A stretch of DNA of 64,000 nucleotides, from positions 5,735 through 69,734 of the forward strand of contig QQUF01000045.1 in assembly GCA_008501735.1 (NCBI GenBank), written 5' to 3'. The number at the start of each line of letters is the position of its first letter. Position 1 is the stretch's first letter. Source of the DNA: Calditrichota bacterium (lineage in GTDB: Bacteria > CLD3). Position numbers and translations under genes: made by a program. Shown here in pieces: positions 1 to 10,017 of this stretch. The notes beneath the pieces are model-generated. The model was not told where the DNA came from and made no database searches. It saw only the letters and a program-made list of their open reading frames with translations.

Positions 1-558
1 AATTTCTAGAGCATCTTCATAATGATTTTTCCCAAGTGGCATAATTTGATTTGTTCTACCATTCAGAACTTCTGTAAAACCTTTTGTTTTGAAATTATTG
101 ATGTCATTTTCAGAGAATCTAACTACAGATTCGATAGAAGCCCAAGTTACAACTGATTTAGGTTTTAAAATTTTTGAAGCCAAAATTACAATTCCGCCAC
201 CACGACTGTGTCCTAAAAACCCATAAGGCAAATTTTGAAGTTCCGGCTGTAATTTTCCTGAATTAACAAACTCAACAACTTCTTTTAAATCTAAAATCTC
301 ACGAGAATAAGTATTTGCTTTGAAATTTTCGAGATTCGTAAAATTCTCAAAATCCTCCTCTACTCCATTCAACGAGAAATTAAAACTAACAACATTAAAA
401 CCTTCTTTTCCTAAAGCTTCTGCAACAAAAGGAAACCAACCCCAATTTTTAAAACCTTTGAAACCGTGACAGATAAAAATTATTGGAGCATTCTTTTTCC
501 CTTCAAAGAAATCACCATAAATTTTAAAATTTTCAGAGTTTGTAAATTCAAATTTCAT
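1..558 (-). CDS. alpha/beta-hydrolase fold esterase (3' end truncated by window start)
   Basis: Manual reverse-strand translation from ATG at 556-558 gives MKFEFTNSENFKIYGDFFEGKKNAPIIFICHGFKGFKNWGW... and a GHSRGG nucleophile elbow (GxSxG); runs to window edge without stop. Confidence 0.7.
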   Translation of the reverse strand, partial: MKFEFTNSENFKIYGDFFEGKKNAPIIFICHGFKGFKNWGWFPFVAEALGKEGFNVVSFNFSLNGVEEDFENFTNLENFKANTYSREILDLKEVVEFVNSGKLQPELQNLPYGFLGHSRGGGIVILASKILKPKSVVTWASIESVVRFSENDINNFKTKGFTEVLNGRTNQIMPLGKNHYEDALEI

Positions 559-645
559 TTTTTTACCTAAGATTTTTAATTATTTCAAGACAAGAAAATA
601 TTTGTTAATTTGGCAATCTAAATTTTAACAAAAAGGTAAGAAAAA

Positions 646-861
646 ATGGCATTAAATCCGAAATTATTAGAAGTTTTAGTTTGTCCAGAAACAAAAGCAA
701 AATTGCTTTACGACGAACCTAACAACAAACTTATTTCAACTGATCCAGATTCAAGACGTAGTTATAAAATTGTCGATGACATTCCAATTATGCTTATTGA
801 CGAATCAGAAATAATGGAAAAAGATTCTTGGAAAGACGCTGTTTCAAAGCTTAGAAACTAA
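646..861 (+). CDS. Trm112 family protein (UPF0434)
   Basis: 71 aa; LLEVLVCPETKAKL motif typical of Trm112/YcaR-like small proteins; ATG start. Confidence 0.75.
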   Translation: MALNPKLLEVLVCPETKAKLLYDEPNNKLISTDPDSRRSYKIVDDIPIMLIDESEIMEKDSWKDAVSKLRN

Positions 862-863
862 AA

Positions 864-1670
864 ATGGCTATCCAAAAAATTAAGGCACTTATTTTAAGAA
901 GTGTCAATTTTCACGAGACTAGTCGTATTCTTACTGTTTTTACAGAAGAATACGGCAAAATCACTTTGATTGCAAAAGGAGTCAGAAAGTCTAAAAGTCA
1001 ATTAATTGGAATTTTAGAACCCACCAATATTATCCAAGCAATAATTTATAAAAAGCCAAACCGAGATATTTACACCTTAACTCAAGCAGAACTTTTAACT
1101 TCTCTCACTAAATTAAAGCAGGACTTAAAGAAACTTTATTTAGGATATGCAATTCTTGAGACGATTCTAAAACTCACTGAAACCGAAGATGAATCACCTG
1201 AGCTTTTTAAGCTTGCTGCAAATTCACTTTTCTTCTTGAATAAATCTGGAAACAATAATTGGAATCAACTTTTTTTCTTTTGGTTTGAATTTCTAAAATT
1301 AAGTGGTTATCAAATGAATTTCTTTAATTGTTTTAGATGCGAAAAAGTTTTTGATAATGGTTACAAATGGAGATTCTCAAAATTTGATGGTGGAATTTTG
1401 TGTGATAATCATAACACAAGTGCAAACATTCCAATTATTACAAAAAATGCAATTCTTGCAATTCAGAAAATTAAAACTTCAAAGTTACAATCTGTTACAA
1501 GTTTTGAAATTGCCAACTCAACTGCTTTAGAAGTTACAAAACACATAGAACTTTATTTTCAAGAACATTTTGAGAATTTTGTGGGCTGGAATTCAACAAA
1601 ACAGTTAAGTGAAGTTTTAAGAGAGATGCAGAAGAATCCTGTGAAAGAGAAAATCCAAATTGACAATTAA
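864..1670 (+). CDS. recO: DNA repair protein RecO
   Basis: 268 aa; N-terminal OB-fold-like sequence (ILRSVNFHETSRILTVFTEEYGKITLIAKGVRKSKS) and C-x2-C...C-x2-H/N zinc-finger region (CFRCEKVF...LCDNHN); 2 nt after the trm112 stop. Confidence 0.85.
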   Translation: MAIQKIKALILRSVNFHETSRILTVFTEEYGKITLIAKGVRKSKSQLIGILEPTNIIQAIIYKKPNRDIYTLTQAELLTSLTKLKQDLKKLYLGYAILETILKLTETEDESPELFKLAANSLFFLNKSGNNNWNQLFFFWFEFLKLSGYQMNFFNCFRCEKVFDNGYKWRFSKFDGGILCDNHNTSANIPIITKNAILAIQKIKTSKLQSVTSFEIANSTALEVTKHIELYFQEHFENFVGWNSTKQLSEVLREMQKNPVKEKIQIDN

Positions 1671-1673
1671 ATT

Positions 1674-2180
1674 TTAATTCAAATTAATTTCAAGATTTTC
1701 ATTTTGCTTTGACTTTTCGATTCTAAGATTCCTAAAAAACTCTTTCAAAATCCCTGAACATTTGGCTTCCAAAACACCCTTCTCAATTTCAATTTTATGA
1801 TTGTAAAGATTGCTACTTGCCAAATCTAACTTTCCACCACAAGCTCCTGTTTTGGGGTCGCTTGTTCCAATAACAATTTTCTTAAGGCGAGACAAAACCA
1901 AAGCTCCAAAGCACATTGTACAAGGTTCTAAAGTTACGTACATTGTAGCCTCAGACAAGAATTTGCTATCAAGATTTGCACAAGCAGAGGTTATTGCTAA
2001 AATTTCAGCGTGAGCAGTTGGGTCTTTTAAAGTTTGGACTAAATTGTGGGATTTTGCAATGATGCGATTTTGGTAAACAATCACTGCACCAATTGGAATT
2101 TCTTTTTTTTCGTAGGCTTTTTCAGCTTCAAGGAATGCTGATTCCATAAACTTTTTGTCAGAATAAATTGAAAATTCCAT
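1674..2180 (-). CDS. tadA: tRNA adenosine(34) deaminase TadA
   Basis: 168 aa; CMP/dCMP deaminase zinc motifs HAEILAI and LEPCTMCFGAL. Confidence 0.9.
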   Translation of the reverse strand: MEFSIYSDKKFMESAFLEAEKAYEKKEIPIGAVIVYQNRIIAKSHNLVQTLKDPTAHAEILAITSACANLDSKFLSEATMYVTLEPCTMCFGALVLSRLKKIVIGTSDPKTGACGGKLDLASSNLYNHKIEIEKGVLEAKCSGILKEFFRNLRIEKSKQNENLEINLN

Positions 2181-3818
2181 TTAATTTAATTCTAATTTAG
2201 GTAGGAATATTTTAAAAACTGTTCCTTCGTCAGTTTTAGTTTCTAAATTTATTGAACCTTTATGAGCTTCAACAATTCGCTTTGCAATCGCGGTTCCAAG
2301 CCCTGAACCTTTTGCTTTACCTAAAGTTGTAAAAGGTTCGAACAAAGTATCTCGAATTTCTACAGGAATCCCGTTTCCGTCATCTCGAATTTGAATTTCA
2401 ATATTTTTTGAATGCTCAATTGCTACTAATTCAATGTTACCATTTTTATCTAAAGCTTGAATTGCATTTATGAAAAGATTATTAATTGCCCTTTTGATTT
2501 GATTCCTATCTAAGTTAAAATCTTTTTCGAATCTAATTTCAATACTAACTTTGATTTTCTTTAATAACAAGTCGTGAGTGTTTTCAGTTTTAATATCTTC
2601 AAGGATTTCAGAAATTGAAGTTGGTCGTAAATGTAATTTTTCTTGACCTTTTGCAAAATTTAAAATCTCCATAAGCATTTCATTAGTATCAAAAACTTTG
2701 TCTTTAATTTTGCCGATTTGAGATGTTAGAAATTCGTCTTCACCAATTTTCATATCTATTATACTTGCATAACCGTGAATCACCGCTAATGAATTTTTTA
2801 CATCGTGAATTATCAGACTTGACATTTTACCGATTGTACTCATTTTTTCTGCACTAGCAACTTGAGAATAAAGTGTTGCATTTTGAATTGCCATTGCTGC
2901 ACTCGAACTAAGTAATTTTAAAAATTCCTCATCGTCGTCAGTAAAAGAGCCTTTTATTTTATTCAGAAGTTGAAAAATTCCGATGAGATTATTTTCATTT
3001 CCAATAATTGGGACACAAATCAAATTTCGTGTGTTGTAACCGCTTTCTTTATCAAAACTACTATCAAACTCAGGTTCGTCGTAAGCATTTTTAACATTAT
3101 AAACTTTTTTCTTTAAAGCAGCTTTTCCAGCAATTCCAACTCCAATTGGCAATCGAATTTCTTTAAACTCATCACCGTCAAAGATTTTTGAAACTAAAAT
3201 TTGCTTATTCGCCTCATAAATATAAATTGTCCCTCTTTCTGCTTTTATATTTTCTTTAGCAATGTTTAAAACATAACGTAAAATTTGATTTAGGTCTAAA
3301 GAGGAATTTATTTCTTTGCTAATGTCAAGAATACTCGAGAATCTATTTATCGATTTATTCAGTTTTCGTTGCATTTGAGCAATCATTTCAACTAAATCCT
3401 CGTCTGTTCTTCGAATTCGGCGACTTAGTTTCACTGATAATTTTATTGCTAATCCAGGATTACTTCCAGCAAAATTCAAGAATTTTTTTTCTTCAATTAA
3501 CAAGACTTTTACATCAGTTAATGCAAAAACAGAAGCTGAACGAGGTCGTTTTTCCAAAACTGCCATCTCGCCAACTAACTCACCTTCATTTATTACTTTT
3601 TCGATTGCGATATTTTTAGATTCTGCACGTTTTGAAATTTTAAGTTTTCCCTCAATTAAAAGAAAAAGTACGTTTCCTGTGTCTCCTTCTTCAAATAAAA
3701 CTTCACCTGCTTTATACTCTTTTTCTTTAAAACTAGGTTCTAAAGAGTTGAATTCTTCTTCTGAGAGTTCAGAAAAGATACTTTTTTGGAAAACCTTTTT
3801 GTACTTTGTAAAAAACAT
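2181..3818 (-). CDS. sensor histidine kinase with N-terminal cyclic-nucleotide-binding and GAF domains
   Basis: 545 aa; cNMP-binding-like (GEVLFEEGDTGNVLFLLIEGKLKI ... GELVGEMAVL), GAF-like middle region, HisKA H-box (IIHDVKNSLAVIHGYASI) and HATPase_c N/G1/G2 boxes (NLFINAIQA, DDGNGIP, GSGLGTAI). Directly abuts tadA on the same strand. Confidence 0.85.
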   Translation of the reverse strand: MFFTKYKKVFQKSIFSELSEEEFNSLEPSFKEKEYKAGEVLFEEGDTGNVLFLLIEGKLKISKRAESKNIAIEKVINEGELVGEMAVLEKRPRSASVFALTDVKVLLIEEKKFLNFAGSNPGLAIKLSVKLSRRIRRTDEDLVEMIAQMQRKLNKSINRFSSILDISKEINSSLDLNQILRYVLNIAKENIKAERGTIYIYEANKQILVSKIFDGDEFKEIRLPIGVGIAGKAALKKKVYNVKNAYDEPEFDSSFDKESGYNTRNLICVPIIGNENNLIGIFQLLNKIKGSFTDDDEEFLKLLSSSAAMAIQNATLYSQVASAEKMSTIGKMSSLIIHDVKNSLAVIHGYASIIDMKIGEDEFLTSQIGKIKDKVFDTNEMLMEILNFAKGQEKLHLRPTSISEILEDIKTENTHDLLLKKIKVSIEIRFEKDFNLDRNQIKRAINNLFINAIQALDKNGNIELVAIEHSKNIEIQIRDDGNGIPVEIRDTLFEPFTTLGKAKGSGLGTAIAKRIVEAHKGSINLETKTDEGTVFKIFLPKLELN

Positions 3819-3920
3819 TAAAATCCATTATTATTTTAATTAAGTAAAGTTAAAAACTTTTTTCCAATAATTTTTGTTTTAAATCAAAAGTTAAACTTTT
3901 TCATAAAAAAGAAATTTCAA

Positions 3921-4376
3921 ATGTTAGAAAACCAAAAAGAATTAAAAACAAGTTTCGAGAATCGCCTAAACTCTTCTGAACTTTCAAAAATATTTAATGT
4001 CAAATTAGGTAATTTCGACTTGGATTATGCAGAATTAATTATTGAACATTCGAGTTTAATTTCAAATCCGACAGGCAAAGGCACGATTAATGGCGGAATT
4101 TTAGCAATGCTTTCTGACTCCGCGACTGCTTATGCTTTGGCAACAAACTTTAATGGACAAATGAGCTTTGCAACAATTGACTTGCAAATCCACTACTTAG
4201 CTCGTGCAAAATCAACTGTAACAGCTAAAGCAAAAGTAATTCGTAAAGGCAAAAGAATTAACGTTGCTGAAGTTGAAATCTTTGATATCGAAAACACAAT
4301 GGTTTCAAAAAGTATAGTTACTTTTATTCTCACAAAACCAATGGAATTTACACACGGAATTAAAAAGGAAAAATAA
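3921..4376 (+). CDS. PaaI-family (hotdog fold) thioesterase
   Basis: 151 aa; GGILAMLSDSATAYA motif characteristic of PaaI/YbgC-like hotdog thioesterases. Confidence 0.7.
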   Translation: MLENQKELKTSFENRLNSSELSKIFNVKLGNFDLDYAELIIEHSSLISNPTGKGTINGGILAMLSDSATAYALATNFNGQMSFATIDLQIHYLARAKSTVTAKAKVIRKGKRINVAEVEIFDIENTMVSKSIVTFILTKPMEFTHGIKKEK

Positions 4377-4377
4377 A

Positions 4378-4770
4378 ATGGAATTTTCAAAATCTCCTAC
4401 AAATAATTTTAAAGAAGCAATGACAGAAATTTTGATGTTAATCCCAAACTTTATGGCTTTAATGTACGGACTAATCAAAGATTCAAGAGTTCCTTCAATT
4501 GAAAAGAAAATCTTAGCAGGAACAATTGCTTACGTAATTTTACCTTTGGATTTAATGCCTGATGCAATTCCATTTATTGGGCAAATTGACGATATTTTTC
4601 TTGTTGCAGTAACTTTAAAACGAATTTTGACTTCAGTTCCTGAAAGTATTTTAATGGAATATTGGAACGGCGAAAAAGCACTACTTGGAATCGTCGAATC
4701 AATTATTGAAACTGCAGTAAATTTCTTACCTGAACAGGTTAGAAATGTTCTTCTAAGGAAAATTGATTAA
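4378..4770 (+). CDS. DUF1232 (YkvA-like) membrane protein
   Basis: 130 aa; LDLMPDAIPFIGQIDDIFLVAVTLK motif; starts 2 nt after the preceding stop. Confidence 0.6.
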   Translation: MEFSKSPTNNFKEAMTEILMLIPNFMALMYGLIKDSRVPSIEKKILAGTIAYVILPLDLMPDAIPFIGQIDDIFLVAVTLKRILTSVPESILMEYWNGEKALLGIVESIIETAVNFLPEQVRNVLLRKID

Positions 4771-4837
4771 TACAAAAATTAAAATTTTGAATACTTTTTT
4801 CAGATTCTAAACCCTATCTAAAACTTTGGAGAAACAA

Positions 4838-7240
4838 ATGTTTACAATTACAAAATCAATCTCAAGTGCATTGGTTCTTGGTCTCGTTTTTGCAAATTCT
4901 GCAAAATCACAGACAATCGTTGAATGGTACACTTCAATGGGAAACTTTAAAGGAGAAATGAGAGAAGACATTGTACCAATAACGGCAAATAATTTTATCT
5001 CTCTCGCAAATCAAAATTTTTACGATAATATAATTTTTCATAGAGTAATTGCAGATTTTATGATTCAAGACGGCGATCCTACAGGAACAGGAAGTGGTGG
5101 ACCAGGTTATACAATTCCAGACGAATTTCATCCAGATTTAATTCACGATGGACCAGGAGTGATTTCAATGGCAAATGCTGGACCAAATACTGGAGGTTCA
5201 CAATATTTTATAACAGTAGTTCCGACTCCTTGGCTTGACAATGCTCACGCAATTTTTGGACACATTATCGAAGGAATGGACAATGTTTTTGCGATTAGTG
5301 AAGTTCCGACAAACGCAAATGACAGACCATTAACTGACGTTGTTATTGACAGTATTCGTGTTCTTGGTGTGATTTATCCGCACATTGATTTGGAAGAAAG
5401 TTGGGTTGTTGAAAAAACTGTAAACTCTGACGCTGACGGAATTATTAATCCACTCGAAGAAGTTCAAGTTACTTTTAAAGTAAAAAGTTGGGCTGGTTGG
5501 GCTGATGCCCAAAATGCCGAAGCAACTTTGGAATCTGACGACCCAAGAATCACAATTTTAAGCGGAAATTTACCACTCGGAACTTTAGCAAATGGTGACT
5601 CTACAGACAATTTAACAATGCCTTTAGAATTTTATGTAAACACAAACGAAGCCTTTACAACTACAATTGATTTGAAATTCACCGCAAATGCTAACACAAA
5701 TTACCCTTTTGAAGTCATTTATCCGTTAGAAATTGACATCACTTTGAACCAAGCAGGTTTTCCATTTGTAACAAGTTCACGTTCATCTGCTTTGCTCATT
5801 GACATCGACAACAACGGAACAAACGAAATGGTTTTTGGCGACGATTCAGGAAATATTCACGCTGTTACAGCTGACGGAATAAATGAGTTAAACGGATTTC
5901 CTGTAAATATTGGAGGAGGAATTAGAACTGCACTTGCTGCTGCTGACTTCGATTCCGACGGGAAAATGGAATTAGTCGCAAGTACGATGAATGGAAAATT
6001 AATTGCAGTTGACTACACTGGAACTGTAATTTTTGAACACTCAAGTACAGGTCTTTATTTCGGAAACCCAATGATTGCTGACGTTGACGGAAACGGAACT
6101 AAAGAAATTATCGGAGTAACAAGCACAGGGCATATGAACGTAATTGATTTTGCAGGAAATAATTTTGGAGCATTTCCAGTGCCAATTGGTGGAACTGTTC
6201 TTTCTCCTCCTGCGACTGCTGACATTGACGGAGACGGAAACCACGAAATCATTTTTACCTCAAATGCAAACGGCGGCTCTGTTCACGCAGTTTCAACAAC
6301 AAACGCTCAAGACATTACAGGATTTCCTTACAATGCAAATTCTGTTTCGACAAATGGAGTTACACTTGCAGAGTTAAATTCAACTCCAAATCCTGAAATT
6401 CTGGTTGGTTTGACAAGTGGAGAATTATTAGCAATTGCTTCAAACGGAACTTTACTTTTTTCCAAAACTGCTGACTCAGCTATCAAAACTGGAATCATTG
6501 CATCAGATTTGAATAATGATTTGGGGCTTGAAATCGCTTTTGTGAGCAATAATGGAACTGTTTACATTACTGACTCAAATGGAGGCGACCTTTTCGGATT
6601 TCCTTTCGCCTTGTCAGGAATTACAGAATCTACACCGATTTTGGCAGACTTGAACGGAAACGGAACTTTCGATTTACTTTTCGGAGACAATAACGGGTTC
6701 ATTCACGCAATTGATATGAATGGTGATGCAATTGATAATTTCCCTCTTGAAATTGGCGGAACTTTAAAATACAGTGCTTCCATTGGCAGACTTGACTCTG
6801 ACTCAGATTTTGAAATCACAATGCCAAGCACAGGAAATTTTGCAGTAATTGATTTCAAAAACACAGCTTTTTCAAATTGGTCGGTTTTTAGAGCAAATCC
6901 ACAAAGAACAGGAAATGCTTTGGAGGTTTTCACAAACATTGAAGAAAATGAAAACGTTAACCCGAAATCATTCCAACTCTCTCAAAATTACCCGAATCCT
7001 TTTAACCCAACAACTTCAATAAATTACGAATTAGAAATTACGAATTACGAAAATGTTAAGTTGTTAATTTTTGATACTTTAGGAAAGAAGGTCAAAGAAT
7101 TTAGTTTGACAAGCTCAAAAGGAACTGTTGTTTGGGACGGTAAAAATAATGCAGGAAAATCTGTTGCAAGTGGAGTTTATTTTTATAAAATTGAAGGAAT
7201 TGACTTTGCTTCGGCTAAGAAAATGCTTTTACTAAAATAA
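4838..7240 (+). CDS. secreted cyclophilin-type peptidyl-prolyl isomerase fused to FG-GAP/VCBS-like repeats with T9SS C-terminal sorting domain
   Basis: ORF track starts at 4826 (TTG); first ATG at 4838 gives signal-peptide-like MFTITKSISSALVLGLVFANSA. Cyclophilin motifs FHRVIADFMIQDGDPTGTGSGGPGY and GVISMANAGPNTGGSQYFIT; repeated DxDxDG-type blades (DIDNNGTNEMVFGDD, DFDSDGKMELV, DVDGNGTKEIIGV, DIDGDGNHEIIF, DLNGNGTFDLLFGD); C-terminal NYPNPFNPTTSINYEL...GVYFYKIE T9SS tail. Confidence 0.8.
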   Translation: MFTITKSISSALVLGLVFANSAKSQTIVEWYTSMGNFKGEMREDIVPITANNFISLANQNFYDNIIFHRVIADFMIQDGDPTGTGSGGPGYTIPDEFHPDLIHDGPGVISMANAGPNTGGSQYFITVVPTPWLDNAHAIFGHIIEGMDNVFAISEVPTNANDRPLTDVVIDSIRVLGVIYPHIDLEESWVVEKTVNSDADGIINPLEEVQVTFKVKSWAGWADAQNAEATLESDDPRITILSGNLPLGTLANGDSTDNLTMPLEFYVNTNEAFTTTIDLKFTANANTNYPFEVIYPLEIDITLNQAGFPFVTSSRSSALLIDIDNNGTNEMVFGDDSGNIHAVTADGINELNGFPVNIGGGIRTALAAADFDSDGKMELVASTMNGKLIAVDYTGTVIFEHSSTGLYFGNPMIADVDGNGTKEIIGVTSTGHMNVIDFAGNNFGAFPVPIGGTVLSPPATADIDGDGNHEIIFTSNANGGSVHAVSTTNAQDITGFPYNANSVSTNGVTLAELNSTPNPEILVGLTSGELLAIASNGTLLFSKTADSAIKTGIIASDLNNDLGLEIAFVSNNGTVYITDSNGGDLFGFPFALSGITESTPILADLNGNGTFDLLFGDNNGFIHAIDMNGDAIDNFPLEIGGTLKYSASIGRLDSDSDFEITMPSTGNFAVIDFKNTAFSNWSVFRANPQRTGNALEVFTNIEENENVNPKSFQLSQNYPNPFNPTTSINYELEITNYENVKLLIFDTLGKKVKEFSLTSSKGTVVWDGKNNAGKSVASGVYFYKIEGIDFASAKKMLLLK

Positions 7241-7276
7241 TAGAAAAATATAACAATTTTAAAATTAGGGATTAAG

Positions 7277-8752
7277 ATGAAAAAAACAATTAAGTTTATA
7301 CTTATATCTTCTGCCTTTGGAGCATTTGCTTCTAATTCGTTTGCACAAAAAATTTATTGGACTGATACCAACTCTGATAAAATCCAAAGAGCTGATTTAG
7401 ATGGCTCAAATGTAGAGGATTTAGTTTCAACTGGCTTGATGAGTCCTGAAGGGTTGGCATTAGATTTAAATAGTTCCAAAATGTATTGGGTTGATTTTGG
7501 TACAAATAAAATTCAAAGAGCTAATTTAGATGGCTCGAATGTTGAAGATTTGATTTCAACTGGCCTTGTCGATCCTTTTGATTTAGCATTAGATTTAAAT
7601 AATTCTAAAATGTATTGGGTTGACGCTGGCACGAATAAAATGCAAAGAGCTAATTTAGATGGCTCGAATGTTGAAGATTTGATAACTAGTTTAATATACC
7701 CATATGGAATAACTTTAGATTTAGTAAATTCAAAAGTATATTGGACAGACGCAGCTCAAGCAAGAGTTTATAGAGCTAATTTGGATGGTTCTAATATTGA
7801 AATAATTATTCCAGGTGGCAGTTTCTTAAACCCAAAAGGTATTGCTTTGGATTTAATAAATTCTAAATTGTATTTTACTGATCAAGGTGACCCAAGAGTT
7901 GTTAGGTCTAATTTAGATGGTTCCAATATAGAAGTCATTTTTACAGATACAGAATTAAGCGAAAACTCTCACCCTCAAGAAATTGTTCTAGATATTGCAA
8001 ACTCTAAATTTTATTTTGCTCTTTCTGGAACAGATAAAATTTCTAAAGCAAATTTTGATGGAACCTCATTAGAAGATGTAATCATAGGAATTCCAGCTCC
8101 TCGTAGTTTAGCCTTATCCATAAGTGATAATCCACTTTCTGTTGAACTTTCCTACTTTAATGCACATCAAATTGGAAACTCAATCCAATTAAACTGGGCA
8201 ACAGGTTCTGAAAAAGATAATGCTGGTTTTAATATTTATAGAAAATTTGCTGATAATGATTTTTTTAAAATCTCTTCTTTTAGAACTAACATAAGTTTGA
8301 TAGGTCAAGGTAACACATCTTTCGATACTCAATATAAATTTACTGACTACTCGAATTTTAATAATAGTGAAATTTACACTTACTTAATTGCTGATGTAGA
8401 TGCAAAAGGAGCCGAAACAATACATAAAGAAATATCACAAAGTGTTTTATTTGAACTTAAGACACAAAAAGTCAATAGATTTGCATTAGAACAGAATTAC
8501 CCAAACCCTTTCAACCCGAAAACAACAATTTCTTATCAACTTGAAAAAGATTCAGAAGTAAACCTTAAAATTTACAATGAAAAGGGAAATTTTGTAAAAA
8601 GCTTATCAAATGGCTTCCAAAAACAAGGGTCTTACAAAGTTATTTGGGATGGCACCGACAATAATGGAAATCAAGTTTCAAATGGCACTTATTTTTATAA
8701 ACTTATAACTGAAACTTTCTCTCAATCAAATAAAATGATTTTATTAAAATAA
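7277..8752 (+). CDS. YWTD (LDL-receptor class B-like) beta-propeller protein with T9SS C-terminal sorting domain
   Basis: 491 aa; signal peptide; repeated blades of the form KIYWTD/KMYWVD...KIQRANLDGSNVEDL; conserved pre-CTD module LSVELSYF...SIQLNW...GFNIYRK; T9SS tail NYPNPFNPKTTISYQL...GTYFYKL. Confidence 0.8.
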   Translation: MKKTIKFILISSAFGAFASNSFAQKIYWTDTNSDKIQRADLDGSNVEDLVSTGLMSPEGLALDLNSSKMYWVDFGTNKIQRANLDGSNVEDLISTGLVDPFDLALDLNNSKMYWVDAGTNKMQRANLDGSNVEDLITSLIYPYGITLDLVNSKVYWTDAAQARVYRANLDGSNIEIIIPGGSFLNPKGIALDLINSKLYFTDQGDPRVVRSNLDGSNIEVIFTDTELSENSHPQEIVLDIANSKFYFALSGTDKISKANFDGTSLEDVIIGIPAPRSLALSISDNPLSVELSYFNAHQIGNSIQLNWATGSEKDNAGFNIYRKFADNDFFKISSFRTNISLIGQGNTSFDTQYKFTDYSNFNNSEIYTYLIADVDAKGAETIHKEISQSVLFELKTQKVNRFALEQNYPNPFNPKTTISYQLEKDSEVNLKIYNEKGNFVKSLSNGFQKQGSYKVIWDGTDNNGNQVSNGTYFYKLITETFSQSNKMILLK

Positions 8753-8764
8753 TCCAACAAACCA

Positions 8765-8793
8765 AACCTGAAAGGTATAAAACCTTTCAGGTT
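8765..8793. terminator. bidirectional intrinsic terminator hairpin between convergent genes
   Basis: Perfect inverted repeat aacctgaaaggt / acctttcaggtt (12-bp stem, loop ataaa) between the stops at 8752 (+) and 8800 (-). Confidence 0.5.
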
Positions 8794-8799
8794 TCAATT

Positions 8800-10017
8800 T
8801 TAATTCTTAATAAATTTTTTGCTAATCGAAATGTTTCCAAGTTTGAGTTTCAGGAAATAATTTCCAACAGCTAATCTTGAGATGTCAATTTCTTTGGCTT
8901 CGGCAAATGAAGTTGAAAGTACTTCTTGCCCCAAGATATTGAAGATTTTAATTTCCTCTACTCTACTTGCCACAAATTGATTCATCTTAAATCGAATTAC
9001 ACCACTTGAAGGATTTGGCGAAATTGAAATGCTGTTTGCGATTTCAGTTGCTTCGTCATTTGAGATGTGTTCATTAATCGAAGTTGTCATACAAATTGAA
9101 CTCGAATTTGAAACTCCACAACCTGCAAACGGAGGTCCAATTGTGAAAATCATATCAGGATTTCCACTCAAACATCTTGGAATTACAGGAAAATCTTCTG
9201 TTAAAACGTAATAGTAAATTCCGTTTGGATATTCAGGAGTAACTCCGAACCTTCCGTTACATTCGTCCAAAGAATTCGCCGTTCCGCTTACAAATTCGTA
9301 ATCTTGTGTGTAAGTTCCATCATAATTTCCGTCAGGAGCAGTAATTCCGTCTCCAGGGCGAGTTCCACTTTTAAGTTGATATTGAGAAGTTATTTCTACG
9401 ATTGCACTATTTGCATCGTTTGGGTCATCATAAACATATTTGTAATAAATCGGATAACCGTCTGCGGCATAACCAATTAATGGAGAATGACTTCCTGCTG
9501 TTGCACCAAAATCGGTTCCCAAAGTTGAAGGAAATCCGTGATAATGATATTTTCCATTTGGCTGAACGTGAGCATCGTTAAAATCCAAACCTAAGTTAAC
9601 ATTACTTGAAAGAGCGTTCAAATTCCAATCTGTGTTAAGTTGACCTGTGTTAGGGTTTTCAAAAAATTCTGCTGCAATTGGGTCAAATATCAATCCATTA
9701 GTAGCAATTCCAAATTCCCAAAATGCACAGCCTCCTGTCGTTCCTTCATCAAGAAAAGTCTTAGAAGTTGCCATTGTCGGAAAAGCACACATCGACTTTG
9801 TTAGTTGCTGAGCAGAAATTGCATTGGGGTTTCCGGGGTTTGGAAAAGTTCCTGTTGAGTGATCTGGAAGAGAATTTGAGTAAACAGTTCTAACAGCTCC
9901 GTCAGTTGTAAAACAAACTGCATTTGTGGTTGTATTACTGAAAATTGCATTTGAATCGCATTGAGAATAACCTTGCGAGGCTAACCCAATCAGAATTAAA
10001 AATGAAAGTTTTTTCAT
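8800..10017 (-). CDS. YHYH-domain secreted protein with T9SS C-terminal sorting domain
   Basis: 405 aa; signal peptide MKKLSFLILIGLASQGYSQ; GKYHYHGFP motif (YHYH domain); C-terminal tail ISISPNPSSGVIRFK...GNYFLKLKL resembling a T9SS CTD. Confidence 0.7.
   Translation of the reverse strand: MKKLSFLILIGLASQGYSQCDSNAIFSNTTTNAVCFTTDGAVRTVYSNSLPDHSTGTFPNPGNPNAISAQQLTKSMCAFPTMATSKTFLDEGTTGGCAFWEFGIATNGLIFDPIAAEFFENPNTGQLNTDWNLNALSSNVNLGLDFNDAHVQPNGKYHYHGFPSTLGTDFGATAGSHSPLIGYAADGYPIYYKYVYDDPNDANSAIVEITSQYQLKSGTRPGDGITAPDGNYDGTYTQDYEFVSGTANSLDECNGRFGVTPEYPNGIYYYVLTEDFPVIPRCLSGNPDMIFTIGPPFAGCGVSNSSSICMTTSINEHISNDEATEIANSISISPNPSSGVIRFKMNQFVASRVEEIKIFNILGQEVLSTSFAEAKEIDISRLAVGNYFLKLKLGNISISKKFIKN

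Noticed and set aside
1810-2013. Small ORFs (60-130 aa) lying antisense or out of frame inside larger genes throughout the window, e.g. 1810..2013, 4934..5131, 6041..6252, 11854..12177, 20333..20840, 30639..30821, 33002..33363, 36790..37352, 40743..41302, 58342..59270, 60099..60941
   Set aside because: Each is fully contained in a longer ORF with clear domain motifs on another frame or strand; low-complexity translations typical of AT-rich shadow ORFs.
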